DNA of 64,000 bases from a virus: the IMG/VR virus record IMGVR_UViG_3300020281_000010. The stretch is one strand, 5' to 3'. Numbering within the stretch: the stretch's first letter is position 1; each line of letters opens with the position of its first letter. A program made the translations under genes and the position numbers. Below, one piece after another: positions 28,301 to 36,458 of the stretch. Below the pieces are notes generated by a model. It worked only from the letters and a program-made list of their open reading frames with translations, did no database searches and had not been told where the DNA came from.

Positions 28301-31210
28301 TCAAACACTGCAGGTACTCTAACTGTTCACGGTGACGGTACATTTAATCGTAATGTTGCAATCAACGGTAACACAACGATTGGTAATGCCAACTCTGACA
28401 CTCTTACAGTCAACTCAGTATCCCAGTTTACTGACAACGTAACTGTTGATGGTGACTTGACAGTCAATACAAATGCCTTGATTGAAGGTAACTTGACTGT
28501 TAACGGAACTACTACAACTGTTAACTCAACCACAACACAACTTGATGATCCTGTCATCACACTTGGTGGAGATACTGCTCCACAGTCATCAGATGCCAAG
28601 GATCGTGGTGTTGAGTTTAGATATTACGATGGATCTGCTAAACTTGGATTCTTCGGTTGGGACAATTCTGCCTCAAGATTTGCTCTTTATCACAACGCAA
28701 CAAACTCAAGTGAAGCATTCGCAGGAACAAGATCAGGTATCGATGCAGGATCAATCAAACTATTCGATACAACCAACGCAACTAACTCAGGGTCTGGTGC
28801 TCTTATCGTTGGTGGCGGTGCAGGCATCGGTATGGATCTTTATGTCGGCGATGATCTCGTTGTCACAGACGATGGGTCCTTCGGTGGTAACCTTTCAGTA
28901 ACAGGAACATTTGATGTTACTAACGATCTCGCAGTTAATAATAATAAGTTTACCGTAGACGCAGGAACAGGTGATACACAAGTAGCAGGTACATTCGGAT
29001 CCTCTGGTGCTGCCACACTGTCCTCTACACTGGCGGTAAGCAGTAACACCACTATTGGTGGTACTTTAGGGGTTACGAACGCTACAACGCTTTCTAGCAC
29101 CCTTGCAGTGACATCCAATACAACCATTGGGGGCACTTTAGATGTTGATGGTGCAACGAACGTCACTGATACGTTTGGTGCTACTGGTGTTGTTTCCCTT
29201 ACCAACAATGGATCTGCAACCACAACAGGTAATTATACTGGCGATGGTGCTCTAAGAGTAACAGGTGGTGCTTCCATTGGACAGAATCTTGTCGTTTCAA
29301 ATGATGTTCGCATCTATGGCAATTCTGTTATCGACGGGACTGTAAGTTATGCAGGCATTCAGACCTATTCAGAAAAAGCAAGATTCAATAACAATGCAGA
29401 TGCAGTCAGTGCATCTAGCAATGTCGCTTCAATTTTCACAGCAGGTGGATTAGCAGTATCCAAGAAGGCATACATTGGTGATGACCTAGACGTTGGTGGT
29501 GGTACATTCACCGTTGACGGTCCTACAGGTACTACTGCAATCGGTGGTAACTTGGGAGTTACTGGTAATACCACACTCTCAACTGTCACCGCTTCAGGTG
29601 TTGCTGATCTTCAATCTACCGTAACTATCGGTGGTAACCTTGCTATCGGTAACAACAAGTTCAACGTTAACTCTTCTAACGGTAACACTGACATCGATGG
29701 TTCACTTGATGTTCTTGGTGCAACTGTTATTGATGACACACTGAATGTCACTCAGGCAGTTGACTTTGACAGCACACTGAATGTCGATGGTGGAACCACA
29801 CTGAACGCTGCTCTTGTAAACAACAGCACTTCATTGTTGAAAGATGACGTTATCGTTCGTGGTGCTTCTAAGACACTGAAACTTCAGAATGGTAACAGTC
29901 AGGACAAGATTACTCTTGAGTCCACAACTGGACACATCACTATGGCAGGTAACCTGACTACATCAGGTACTGGTGCATTTACAGATGCTGTCACAATGGG
30001 CAGCACCTTGGGTGTTACTGGAATGATCACTGGTAACTTGACTGGTGATGTCACAGGAACTGCAACAAACGCCAACAATATTGACGTTAACAATACAAAT
30101 AATAACACTACATTCTATCCAACATTCTCTGCCTCTAACACAGGGCACACAGGAATGTTTGTTGACTCTGCCAACCTCACATACAACCCATTCTCTAACA
30201 CTCTGAGTGTTACTAACTTCGTTTCTACAACGAACTTCGAAGTTCAGGGTAACTTGACTATCACTGGTAACATCCAGTATGCACAGTCACAGGTTGGTGA
30301 CATCAGTAACCACACAACCAATGCTCTTGCTGAAGGTTCAAACAATCTTTACTTCACTGATGAGAGAGTTGATGATCGTGTTGCTGCTCTGATCGTTGGT
30401 GGTACAGGTATTACTGCCACATATGATGACAACGGTAATATGTTGACCTTGAGTGCTACTCAGGCAGACATCAATACTGATAACATCACAGAAGGATCTA
30501 CTAATCTCTTCACCACTGCTGCTAGAACCAGATCACACTTCACATATGGAACTGGTATTACACATAGTTCTGGAACTCTATCAGTCACTCAGTCAGATAT
30601 TAACACTGATAATATCACTGAGGGTTCAACAAATATCTTCTATACCAATGCTAGGTTTGATACCCAGTTAGCAACTAAGGATACAGGAGATCTTGCTGAA
30701 GGATCTAACCTTTACTATACAGACGCTCGTGCTGATGCAAGAATTGCTGCAGCAACTACAAGTGATCTGACTGAAGGATCTAATCTTTACTACACAGATG
30801 CTAGAGCGGACGCGAGAATCGCTGCTGCATCTACCAGTGACCTTTCTGAAGGAACAAATCTTTATCATACAACTGCTAGAGCACGTGCTGCTATCAGCGC
30901 AGGTGGAGATCTCTCATACAACGCCTCTACTGGTGTAATGAGTGTCACTCTTCCGACTGTATTCTCTGGCAACTACAACGATCTATCTAACCTACCTTCG
31001 CTCTTCTCTGGAGCATACAATGATCTGACTGGTAAACCAACCCTCGGAACCGCTGCTGCTACAGCGTCAACTGATTATGCTACTGCTGCACAAGGTGCTA
31101 AGGCAGATACTGCACTTCAGGCAGAAACAATCACCTTAGCAGCACTTAAAACTGCTGCTGCAAACTCCGCTACTTACGCTGCGTTCCAAGCTGCAATCGC
31201 TGCTCTCTAA
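25337..31210 (+). CDS. Long tail-fibre-like protein (1957 aa)
   Basis: Mtd_N-like N-terminus (RIQLRRD....W...NPILAQGELG.E.DT..IKIGDG.TPWNSL.Y). Extensive 12-aa LDVDG-type beta repeats, a duplicated DDP..TLGGD...DRG.EF.YYD block, TEG.NLYYT repeats and an Ala-rich C-terminal helix. Confidence 0.8.
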   Translation: MANRIQLRRDGAQQWANINPILAQGELGIEIDTSRIKIGDGVTPWNSLKYERPLETESNAANTLVKRDADGNFQAGAVTATLIGNASTATRLSNARQIQLSGQVTGSGSFDGSSNLTLNTDLSLMTSLPHYDPANPSAEALYTRVRVNSQGRVVGAELASTLSDYGITDAQELDDDLTSLAQLTNVGILVRASQGNILTRQLTGGAGRIIFTVPDGTSQNPFIDLADTAVVVGSYNTESLTSVTGNASSETVNATKFTVDRYGRLTAALTVPIATATEGTKMPSYDAGTSYSRYDIITNASKVYQALQDLGSGLGAPTHTSGDNGGWRYLAAEATEQKGLASFAQEDFDVDSNGHVTIAAAAVDNTQLQNNVVGFADGNTLETFELDNELTATSGYRGFNYLNYVKVNDTSGNLLFGANNTGDGGSGEIDVNVRSYFSDPDITLDGTVDQTLDKTGDGNLTFQTTQDSASNRNLSILATNAGSGTSNVIITAEDTVQISASDAAGKIWIEDARIQENYIATTNATLHLDPGDDRANSGTVRVWGDLQVDGTTTTVNSTTVTIDDPIFTLGGDTAPGSDDGLDRGIEFKYYDTQARVGFFGWDEDLTRLDSGTGGYAFLYNATNSSETFTGTDAYIKAGALSLTTNTGSTSTTTGTLVVTGGFGLSENAHIGGEVTIAGQTEINDTVIIKSDNEDFKIQTGAGVDKFTVDTDTGNTVIEGTLDVQLETKITDNLIVQADNKKFEIKTAGGTSVFDIDTDNGNAHSDGTLDVDGGVTFNSTLDVDNNTTLNAELDVDGNSTFHNNILLDTTGKTLTITNGSVNKFQVTSTNGNTDIEGTLNVAQFVYLEDNDTPTISTDGNNNFVISGGDYGAFRFDGGGYIEGDTLFNNDIYINGAINQKDQGTATETFSTQNYLRVRYKFRTGTTAAYTPSYATHNNSNLRVYGGAGIATDLHIGDDLYIGKLNSGDTVEFSVLGESGNTEIGRTGQGSNTAGTLTVHGDGTFNRNVAINGNTTIGNANSDTLTVNSVSQFTDNVTVDGDLTVNTNALIEGNLTVNGTTTTVNSTTTQLDDPVITLGGDTAPQSSDAKDRGVEFRYYDGSAKLGFFGWDNSASRFALYHNATNSSEAFAGTRSGIDAGSIKLFDTTNATNSGSGALIVGGGAGIGMDLYVGDDLVVTDDGSFGGNLSVTGTFDVTNDLAVNNNKFTVDAGTGDTQVAGTFGSSGAATLSSTLAVSSNTTIGGTLGVTNATTLSSTLAVTSNTTIGGTLDVDGATNVTDTFGATGVVSLTNNGSATTTGNYTGDGALRVTGGASIGQNLVVSNDVRIYGNSVIDGTVSYAGIQTYSEKARFNNNADAVSASSNVASIFTAGGLAVSKKAYIGDDLDVGGGTFTVDGPTGTTAIGGNLGVTGNTTLSTVTASGVADLQSTVTIGGNLAIGNNKFNVNSSNGNTDIDGSLDVLGATVIDDTLNVTQAVDFDSTLNVDGGTTLNAALVNNSTSLLKDDVIVRGASKTLKLQNGNSQDKITLESTTGHITMAGNLTTSGTGAFTDAVTMGSTLGVTGMITGNLTGDVTGTATNANNIDVNNTNNNTTFYPTFSASNTGHTGMFVDSANLTYNPFSNTLSVTNFVSTTNFEVQGNLTITGNIQYAQSQVGDISNHTTNALAEGSNNLYFTDERVDDRVAALIVGGTGITATYDDNGNMLTLSATQADINTDNITEGSTNLFTTAARTRSHFTYGTGITHSSGTLSVTQSDINTDNITEGSTNIFYTNARFDTQLATKDTGDLAEGSNLYYTDARADARIAAATTSDLTEGSNLYYTDARADARIAAASTSDLSEGTNLYHTTARARAAISAGGDLSYNASTGVMSVTLPTVFSGNYNDLSNLPSLFSGAYNDLTGKPTLGTAAATASTDYATAAQGAKADTALQAETITLAALKTAAANSATYAAFQAAIAAL
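30315..30895 (+). repeat. Seven [TA]EG.N.[YF].T..R repeats near the fibre C-terminus; the last three are tandem with a 72-nt period
   Basis: DLAEGSNLYYTDARADARIAAATTS / DLTEGSNLYYTDARADARIAAASTS / DLSEGTNLYHTTARARAA at ~30688-30895, plus four looser copies upstream. Confidence 0.9.
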
Positions 31211-31216
31211 TAACCA

Positions 31217-32011
31217 ATGGCAAATCCTACATCTAAAGCAGAACTCAAAGAGTATGCACTCCGTAGACTGGGTAAACCAGTCTTGGAGGTTAACGTATCA
31301 GACGATCAGATTGATGATTCTATCGATTATACAATCGAGAAGTTTCAGGAATTTCATTATGGTGGATCAGAAAGAGTATATCTAAAGCATCAGTTTACTG
31401 CTGATGAGATTACTGCATTTCAATCAGATACTACTGAGACCGTAGGTTCTACAGAGTTCAAGACGCAGAATAATTATTTGACATTGCCTGACCACATTTC
31501 TTCAGTGAACGGTATCTTCACCTTCACTGATAAGGGTACTCGCAATATGTTTGATATTCGTTATCAAATGAGATTGAATGATCTGTTTGATTTTACATCA
31601 ACACAGTTCTATCACTACTATATGATTCAGACACACCTTGAAACAATTAACTTCTTGTTAGAGGGAATGAAACCAACTAGGTTTAATGCCTCCCAAGGTC
31701 GTCTTTACATTGACTTCGATGCAAAGACTGATGTTGTTGATGGTGGGTACGTTATCATTGACTGTGTTCGTGCTCTTGATCCTGCAAATTGGAGCAAGAT
31801 TTATGGATCTATTTGGGTGAAAGATTATGCAACTGCAATGATTAAAAAATACTGGGGTACCAACCTTACGAAGTTCCAAAACGTGCAACTTCCTGGTGGT
31901 GTCACCTTGAACGGAGAAAAAATCTATAGTGATGCGGTTACTGAACTAGAACAACTAGAAGAAAAACTCCGTACCACATACGAAATGCCACCTCTAGATA
32001 TGATAGGGTAA
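31217..32011 (+). CDS. g13: Neck protein gp13
   Basis: MANPTSKAELKEYALRRLGKPVLEVNV.DDQIDD and WGTNLTKFQNVQLPGGVTLNGEKIY...PPLDMIG. Confidence 0.95.
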   Translation: MANPTSKAELKEYALRRLGKPVLEVNVSDDQIDDSIDYTIEKFQEFHYGGSERVYLKHQFTADEITAFQSDTTETVGSTEFKTQNNYLTLPDHISSVNGIFTFTDKGTRNMFDIRYQMRLNDLFDFTSTQFYHYYMIQTHLETINFLLEGMKPTRFNASQGRLYIDFDAKTDVVDGGYVIIDCVRALDPANWSKIYGSIWVKDYATAMIKKYWGTNLTKFQNVQLPGGVTLNGEKIYSDAVTELEQLEEKLRTTYEMPPLDMIG

Positions 32012-32877
32012 TGCCATTAAATTCTTTTTTCACACAAGGGACAAGCGGCGAGCAACAACTCGTTGAAGATCTTGTCGTAGAACAAATTAAAATGTTCGGG
32101 GTAGAGGTTTATTACATCCCTAGAACATTAGTTTCTGAGGATACAGTCCTTGGAGAGGATTCATTGAACTCATTTGATTCTGCATATCAAATCGAAGCAT
32201 ACCTAGAAAACGTACAAGGGTTTGGTGGAGATGGAGATCTGTTCAGTAAGTTTGGTGTGAGAATTGCTGACCAAGTTAACTTTGTTATTGCACGTAAAAG
32301 ATTTCAAGATCTAGTAGATGATAATACAACACTGGTTGTAGAAGGTAGACCAAACGAAGGAGATTTGGTTTACTTCCCTCTTGCTAACAAACTATTTTCT
32401 ATTCAATATGTTGAGCACGAGCAACCATTCTATCAATTAAATAAGATCCACGTATGGGGTCTCAAGTGTGAACTCTTCGAATACAGTGGAGAAGACCTCG
32501 ATACTGGTGTCGAAGAAATCGATGTTATCGAGAGAAACCTTGCACAAACTATTACCGTCAACTTCGCTACTGGCGGCACTGGTACATTTACAGTTGGTGA
32601 GGAAATCGCAGGTGGTACATCTAATGTTACTGCCGAAGTTAAGTCTTGGGATTCTACCAACAGACAACTACAAGTGTACAACAGGTCTGGTATTTTCACC
32701 ATTCCTGAAACAGTAACTGGTCAAACTTCAGGTGCTGCCTGGACTACTGCAAGTTACAATACACTAAATAATACGAACTCAGAGTTTGATGCCAATGCTG
32801 ACTTTGAGACCCTTGGGGACTCTATCATTGACTTCAGTCAAAGTAATCCCTTTGGTGAAATTGGAGGTGCTAGTTAA
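32011..32877 (+). CDS. g14: Neck protein gp14
   Basis: EQQLVEDLVVEQIKMFG..VYYIPR, RPNEGDLVYFP, FYQL....VW.LKCELFEYS and IIDFSQSNPFG. Confidence 0.95.
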   Translation: MPLNSFFTQGTSGEQQLVEDLVVEQIKMFGVEVYYIPRTLVSEDTVLGEDSLNSFDSAYQIEAYLENVQGFGGDGDLFSKFGVRIADQVNFVIARKRFQDLVDDNTTLVVEGRPNEGDLVYFPLANKLFSIQYVEHEQPFYQLNKIHVWGLKCELFEYSGEDLDTGVEEIDVIERNLAQTITVNFATGGTGTFTVGEEIAGGTSNVTAEVKSWDSTNRQLQVYNRSGIFTIPETVTGQTSGAAWTTASYNTLNNTNSEFDANADFETLGDSIIDFSQSNPFGEIGGAS

Positions 32878-33674
32878 TGTTAGGAACGTATTCTTACAAC
32901 GAAATCTTTAGAAAGACTGTTATTGCTTTCGGTACACTGTTCAATAATATTGAAATCAAACGTACTGAAGGTAGTAGAACCGAGGTTATGAAAGTACCCT
33001 TGGCATATGGTCCTAAAGATAAGTTCCTTGCACGTCTTAGGCAAGTAGGAGATCTGACAACTAAAGATGCTGTTCAGATTACACTACCTAGAATCTCTTT
33101 TGAGATCTCTGGATTTGCTTATGATGCTACCAGAAAGGTATCACCAACACAGGTGATTCGTTATACAGGTAGTGATAGTAAGACTAGAAAATCGTTTATG
33201 CCAGTCCCATATAATGTGGACTTTGAGTTAGCGATTATGGCAAAGAACCAAGATGATGGTTTACAGATTCTTGAACAGATCTTGCCATTCTTTCAACCGA
33301 TGTTTAACATCACCCTGAATCTTCAGGAAGCAATCGGTGAGACTAAGGATTTCCCAGTCACACTGAACTCAGTAGTTTATGAAGATGACTACGAAGGTGA
33401 TTACACCACACGTAGAACTCTGATTTATACATTATCGTTCTCTGCTAAAACATATGTTTACGGTCCTGTCTCTGACGTTACCGATAAACTTATCAAGAAA
33501 GCGATCGTGGATACCGCTGCAGACAGCAAACGTACTGCTGCACGTGAGATGAGGTACACAGTTCAACCTGATCCTCTTACTGCTGATCCTGATGATAACT
33601 TCGGATTTAATGAACTCTATAGTGAATTCTCAGATGGAAAATCAAGAAACCCAGTCACAGGAAACGACGAGTAA
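32877..33674 (+). CDS. g15: Tail sheath stabiliser / completion protein gp15
   Basis: YNEIFRKTVIAFGTLFNNI, KVPLAYGPKDKFL, LPRISFE, PVPYN..FEL and QILEQILPFFQP. Confidence 0.95.
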   Translation: MLGTYSYNEIFRKTVIAFGTLFNNIEIKRTEGSRTEVMKVPLAYGPKDKFLARLRQVGDLTTKDAVQITLPRISFEISGFAYDATRKVSPTQVIRYTGSDSKTRKSFMPVPYNVDFELAIMAKNQDDGLQILEQILPFFQPMFNITLNLQEAIGETKDFPVTLNSVVYEDDYEGDYTTRRTLIYTLSFSAKTYVYGPVSDVTDKLIKKAIVDTAADSKRTAAREMRYTVQPDPLTADPDDNFGFNELYSEFSDGKSRNPVTGNDE

Positions 33675-34080
33675 ATACGACGGTATTGAAGATGCTCTTG
33701 ATGTGGAAACATCTCTGGTCAAACCAGGTGAACCACAAAAGAAATCAATCGTACCAAATGTTACTGATCAACAGATCAAAGACTATGAGTATTCTCGTGG
33801 AAACTTCTACTCACTGATCGAGAAAGGTCAAGAGGCAGTTGATGGTATTCTTGAATTAGCACAAGAGTCTGACTCACCTAGAGCATACGAAGTTGCAGGT
33901 AATTTAATTAAGAACGTTGCTGATACTGCTGATAAGTTGGCAGACCTTCACAAGAAAATGATAGAGATCGAAGAAGGTCCTAAGGGTCAGGCAGCAAAAA
34001 ACGTTACAAACAATACGATGTTTGTTGGTTCAACAGCAGAACTTGCCAAGTTCTTGAAGCAACAGAAATCTGATAAATAG
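33634..34080 (+). CDS. g16: Terminase small subunit gp16
   Basis: DYEYSRGNFYSLIEKGQEA..GILELAQESDSPRAYEV...and NNTMFVGST.EL. Nearest in-frame ATG is 33634; the start is uncertain. Confidence 0.9.
   Translation: MENQETQSQETTSKYDGIEDALDVETSLVKPGEPQKKSIVPNVTDQQIKDYEYSRGNFYSLIEKGQEAVDGILELAQESDSPRAYEVAGNLIKNVADTADKLADLHKKMIEIEEGPKGQAAKNVTNNTMFVGSTAELAKFLKQQKSDK
34073..34079 (+). promoter_or_regulatory. gp55-dependent late promoter (ATAAATA)
   Basis: At the g16 stop, about 25 nt upstream of the ATG at 34104. Confidence 0.7.
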
Positions 34081-34103
34081 TAAAAACAAGTATTACCAAG
34101 TCG

Positions 34104-34655
34104 ATGTCTGTATTAAATGTATTAGATACTACGACAGTGAGTGGATCAGGTACCGCTTATATTGTCGTCAAAACTGGTGTTGTACGGGCATATGCTGCTA
34201 GTGCTTCTTCCATTCAGTTCGATGCGGGTCCTGCTATTACCTTGGCAGCAGGCGAAGCAATTCTTCTTTCCTGTGGAAAGTCAAAGAACGTTAGTGTCCA
34301 CGCTGCGACTAACGCGGACCCTTGTGTATTCAGCGTTGGTGGGGCGGGCGTCGGTTCAGGAGCAGGAGGAAGACATACTTTTGCTGTTGGCGATTATATT
34401 CAAACAGTTGATGGTGGAGATACAAACGGATTTGGTTCCGACTTTGTATCTGCTGCTTCAGGTGGTAAAAAAGTAACTGCTGTGACTGACCTGACTATCA
34501 CAACAGATATTGATGCCTCTGGTGCAAGTGCTGCATATACTTTGAGTGATGCAGACATCATTGCAAACACAGTTCCTCAAATCCAGAGAACTGTAAAACT
34601 CACAGCAGGTTCCGCTAACGTCATCGTCGAACAAGTACAAATTGTTGGTGGTTGA
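34104..34655 (+). CDS. Hypothetical Gly/Ala/Thr-rich beta protein, probably virion-associated
   Basis: 183-aa ORF behind a late promoter, with structural-protein-like composition. Confidence 0.7.
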   Translation: MSVLNVLDTTTVSGSGTAYIVVKTGVVRAYAASASSIQFDAGPAITLAAGEAILLSCGKSKNVSVHAATNADPCVFSVGGAGVGSGAGGRHTFAVGDYIQTVDGGDTNGFGSDFVSAASGGKKVTAVTDLTITTDIDASGASAAYTLSDADIIANTVPQIQRTVKLTAGSANVIVEQVQIVGG

Positions 34656-34657
34656 TA

Positions 34658-35344
34658 ATGGAGAAGCAGGCACCTCAAAAAACTAAGGAGAATCCTAAGG
34701 ATCAAGCGATCAAGAAGACCAAGCAACTTCTAGACCGCAGGCAACTTATGATTAATCTTAGGAAGTTGCAACTCCAGAGAAAATCAGTTCAAAACAAGGG
34801 TACTACCGATATGACGCTACAAACACAATCATATGCTATACTAAGTTTCGGAGAGTTTATCTCTGAGGGTGGTCTCGCCCGTGCTATGCAAAAGTCCAAC
34901 ACCAAAGTGACTGGACATATCAGTGCTGACCGTGGATCTTCTGAAAAGGAGAACCGTAGTAAAAGAAAAGGACTTGAGAAAGACCTTAAGAAGCACGGTA
35001 TTGGTCACAAGAAAGGTGTCGGAGAATATAAATATGATTCAGGTGAGACAGGTCGTGAGGTTTCATACCACACTTCCAAACCCGACAAAATGTCGAAACG
35101 TAGATTCGGCAAGGTGATGCGTCGTCTTGGTCGTAAGCACGGACAAGAATCTGTGATTACTAAAGACAAGGACAAGTCTGCTAAACTTCACTATACAGAG
35201 AAGGGAAGCAAGGCGAAATCTGATAGCATCGGTAAAACAAAAGTCGGAAAACATCCTGAAGGATATGGTGAAACATCATCCACTAAGGTGCGTTCAGGCA
35301 AACTTCCCTCTAAATCTAAGGATAGAAAGTTTCATTATGGCTAG
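34658..35344 (+). CDS. Highly basic hypothetical protein; C-terminal part DUF3293-like; candidate head-internal protein
   Basis: ATG at 34658. Very Lys/Arg-rich. GHISADRG...N...K.L...L...G....G.G.Y....E.S...LG....QESV resembles the DUF3293-like fold (recalled, tentative). Internal SFGEFISE motif. Confidence 0.6.
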   Translation: MEKQAPQKTKENPKDQAIKKTKQLLDRRQLMINLRKLQLQRKSVQNKGTTDMTLQTQSYAILSFGEFISEGGLARAMQKSNTKVTGHISADRGSSEKENRSKRKGLEKDLKKHGIGHKKGVGEYKYDSGETGREVSYHTSKPDKMSKRRFGKVMRRLGRKHGQESVITKDKDKSAKLHYTEKGSKAKSDSIGKTKVGKHPEGYGETSSTKVRSGKLPSKSKDRKFHYG

Positions 35345-35480
35345 TCAAAACGACAACGGGCAGTGGGTATGTCAGTATTGCGGACTCACTTCACCTCAAG
35401 GGCATTGGCGTCCTAAAACTTGGATCGAAAAGCACGAAATGAATTGTGCATCTAACCCTAAAAACAATAAAGAGAAATGA
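35337..35480 (+). CDS. 47-aa zinc-finger-like mini-protein (C-x2-C...H-x3-C)
   Basis: MASQNDNGQWVCQYCGLTSPQGHWRPKTWIEKHEMNCASNPKNNKEK. The ATG at 35337 overlaps the upstream gene end and the stop overlaps the next ATG (ATGA). Confidence 0.7.
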   Translation: MASQNDNGQWVCQYCGLTSPQGHWRPKTWIEKHEMNCASNPKNNKEK

Positions 35481-36013
35481 AATCTTTCAGAGAGTTCCAC
35501 GAAACCAAAGATGATCCCATCGAAGAAGGTGTGGGACTCGCTGTAGCGCGAGCAATCGACAAGACTAATCCTCCTTTGGGTAGACCATCCAGAAGAAGAA
35601 AGATCTCTCACGCATTGAAGATGAGAGAAATCATTAGAGATACTAAGAGAAACAAACAGAAAGACGATCCTTATTCAGCAGGTAAGGTTGCTAAGGCAGC
35701 ACTTGGTGGAAAGGATAGTAAGAAGAAAAAGAAACCAGAAAAATCTCCTGTTAACTTCCTACAGGACAAGGACGTAAAAGAAAGTGCTTGGCAAAGAAAG
35801 GAAGGCAAGAATCCTAGTGGTGGACTGAACGAGAAAGGACGTAAGTCCTATGAAAGAGAGAACCCTGGTTCAGATCTTAAAGCACCACAACCAGAAGGCG
35901 GTCCTAGAAAGAGATCATTCTGTGCTCGTATGGGTGGAATGAAAGGACCAATGAAAGACGATAAAGGCAAACCTACACGTAAGGCACTCGCACTTAGAAA
36001 GTGGAAGTGCTAA
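35477..36013 (+). CDS. Basic hypothetical protein with a T4 capsid-targeting-like N-terminus and DUF6321-like C-terminal domain
   Basis: Starts MKSFREFHE. C-terminal AWQRKEGKNPSGGLNEKGR...RKRSFCARM.GM...ALALRKWKC (family assignment recalled, tentative). Confidence 0.7.
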   Translation: MKSFREFHETKDDPIEEGVGLAVARAIDKTNPPLGRPSRRRKISHALKMREIIRDTKRNKQKDDPYSAGKVAKAALGGKDSKKKKKPEKSPVNFLQDKDVKESAWQRKEGKNPSGGLNEKGRKSYERENPGSDLKAPQPEGGPRKRSFCARMGGMKGPMKDDKGKPTRKALALRKWKC

Positions 36014-36072
36014 TGGATGAAAGAAGGAAACCTATAGGTAGAGCAAAATTCCACCTCAAGGTGACTGACCAT

Positions 36073-36116
36073 TTCGCAAAGAGTTTCTTGACATATATAA
36101 TATTCTACCCTAAATT
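36073..36116 (+). promoter_or_regulatory. Overlapping sigma70-type promoters upstream of the petE/PTOX/gnd/zwf island
   Basis: TTCGCA(36073)-N17-TATAAT(36096) and TTGACA(36088)-N17-TAAATT(36111). Confidence 0.55.
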
Positions 36117-36143
36117 CTTCTAGTAACCTTTGGAGATGACTTT

Positions 36144-36401
36144 ATGCAATTCGAGCAAAAGGTCTGCGAAAAATGTGGTGCTACTTGGTTGAACGGTCAA
36201 CACCGTTGGACTGGTACAGGTGCTGAGGGGAATGAACTAGACTTAGCAGGTTTAGTGTGTAATAATATAGATACAACAGACCCAGACTACACCAAATGTA
36301 TTAACCCTATGCGAGGGCAGACAGGAGGTGATACGTGGGAATATAGACGTGGTTTTATTGACGGTGCACTTAGTCAGTTCCCTAAAAACAGGGATTCCTG
36401 A
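36144..36401 (+). CDS. Hypothetical Cys-containing phage protein (85 aa)
   Basis: GGAG 8 nt upstream of the ATG. CEKCGATWLNGQH.W.GTG...DLAGLVC...C.NP..G...GDTW pattern. Confidence 0.75.
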   Translation: MQFEQKVCEKCGATWLNGQHRWTGTGAEGNELDLAGLVCNNIDTTDPDYTKCINPMRGQTGGDTWEYRRGFIDGALSQFPKNRDS

Positions 36402-36458
36402 CAGACTGTAAACACAGTTGGTGACTGGTGTAAATACCAGTAGTTGATAAAATTATTA

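Noticed and set aside
30688-30895. 72-nt tandem repeats as a possible CRISPR-like array
   Set aside because: They are in-frame coding repeats with synonymous divergence and no unique spacers; no cas genes are present.
36013-36123. 36-aa ORF (MDERRKPIGRAKFHLK...) coupled to the upstream stop
   Set aside because: It runs through the AT-rich sigma70 promoter region and has no motif, so there is too little support to call it.
36373-36418. Bulged hairpin over the stop of ORF 36144 and an ACTGT-AAAC-ACAGT palindrome before petE
   Set aside because: Short stems with no U-tract; cannot be distinguished from background without conservation data.
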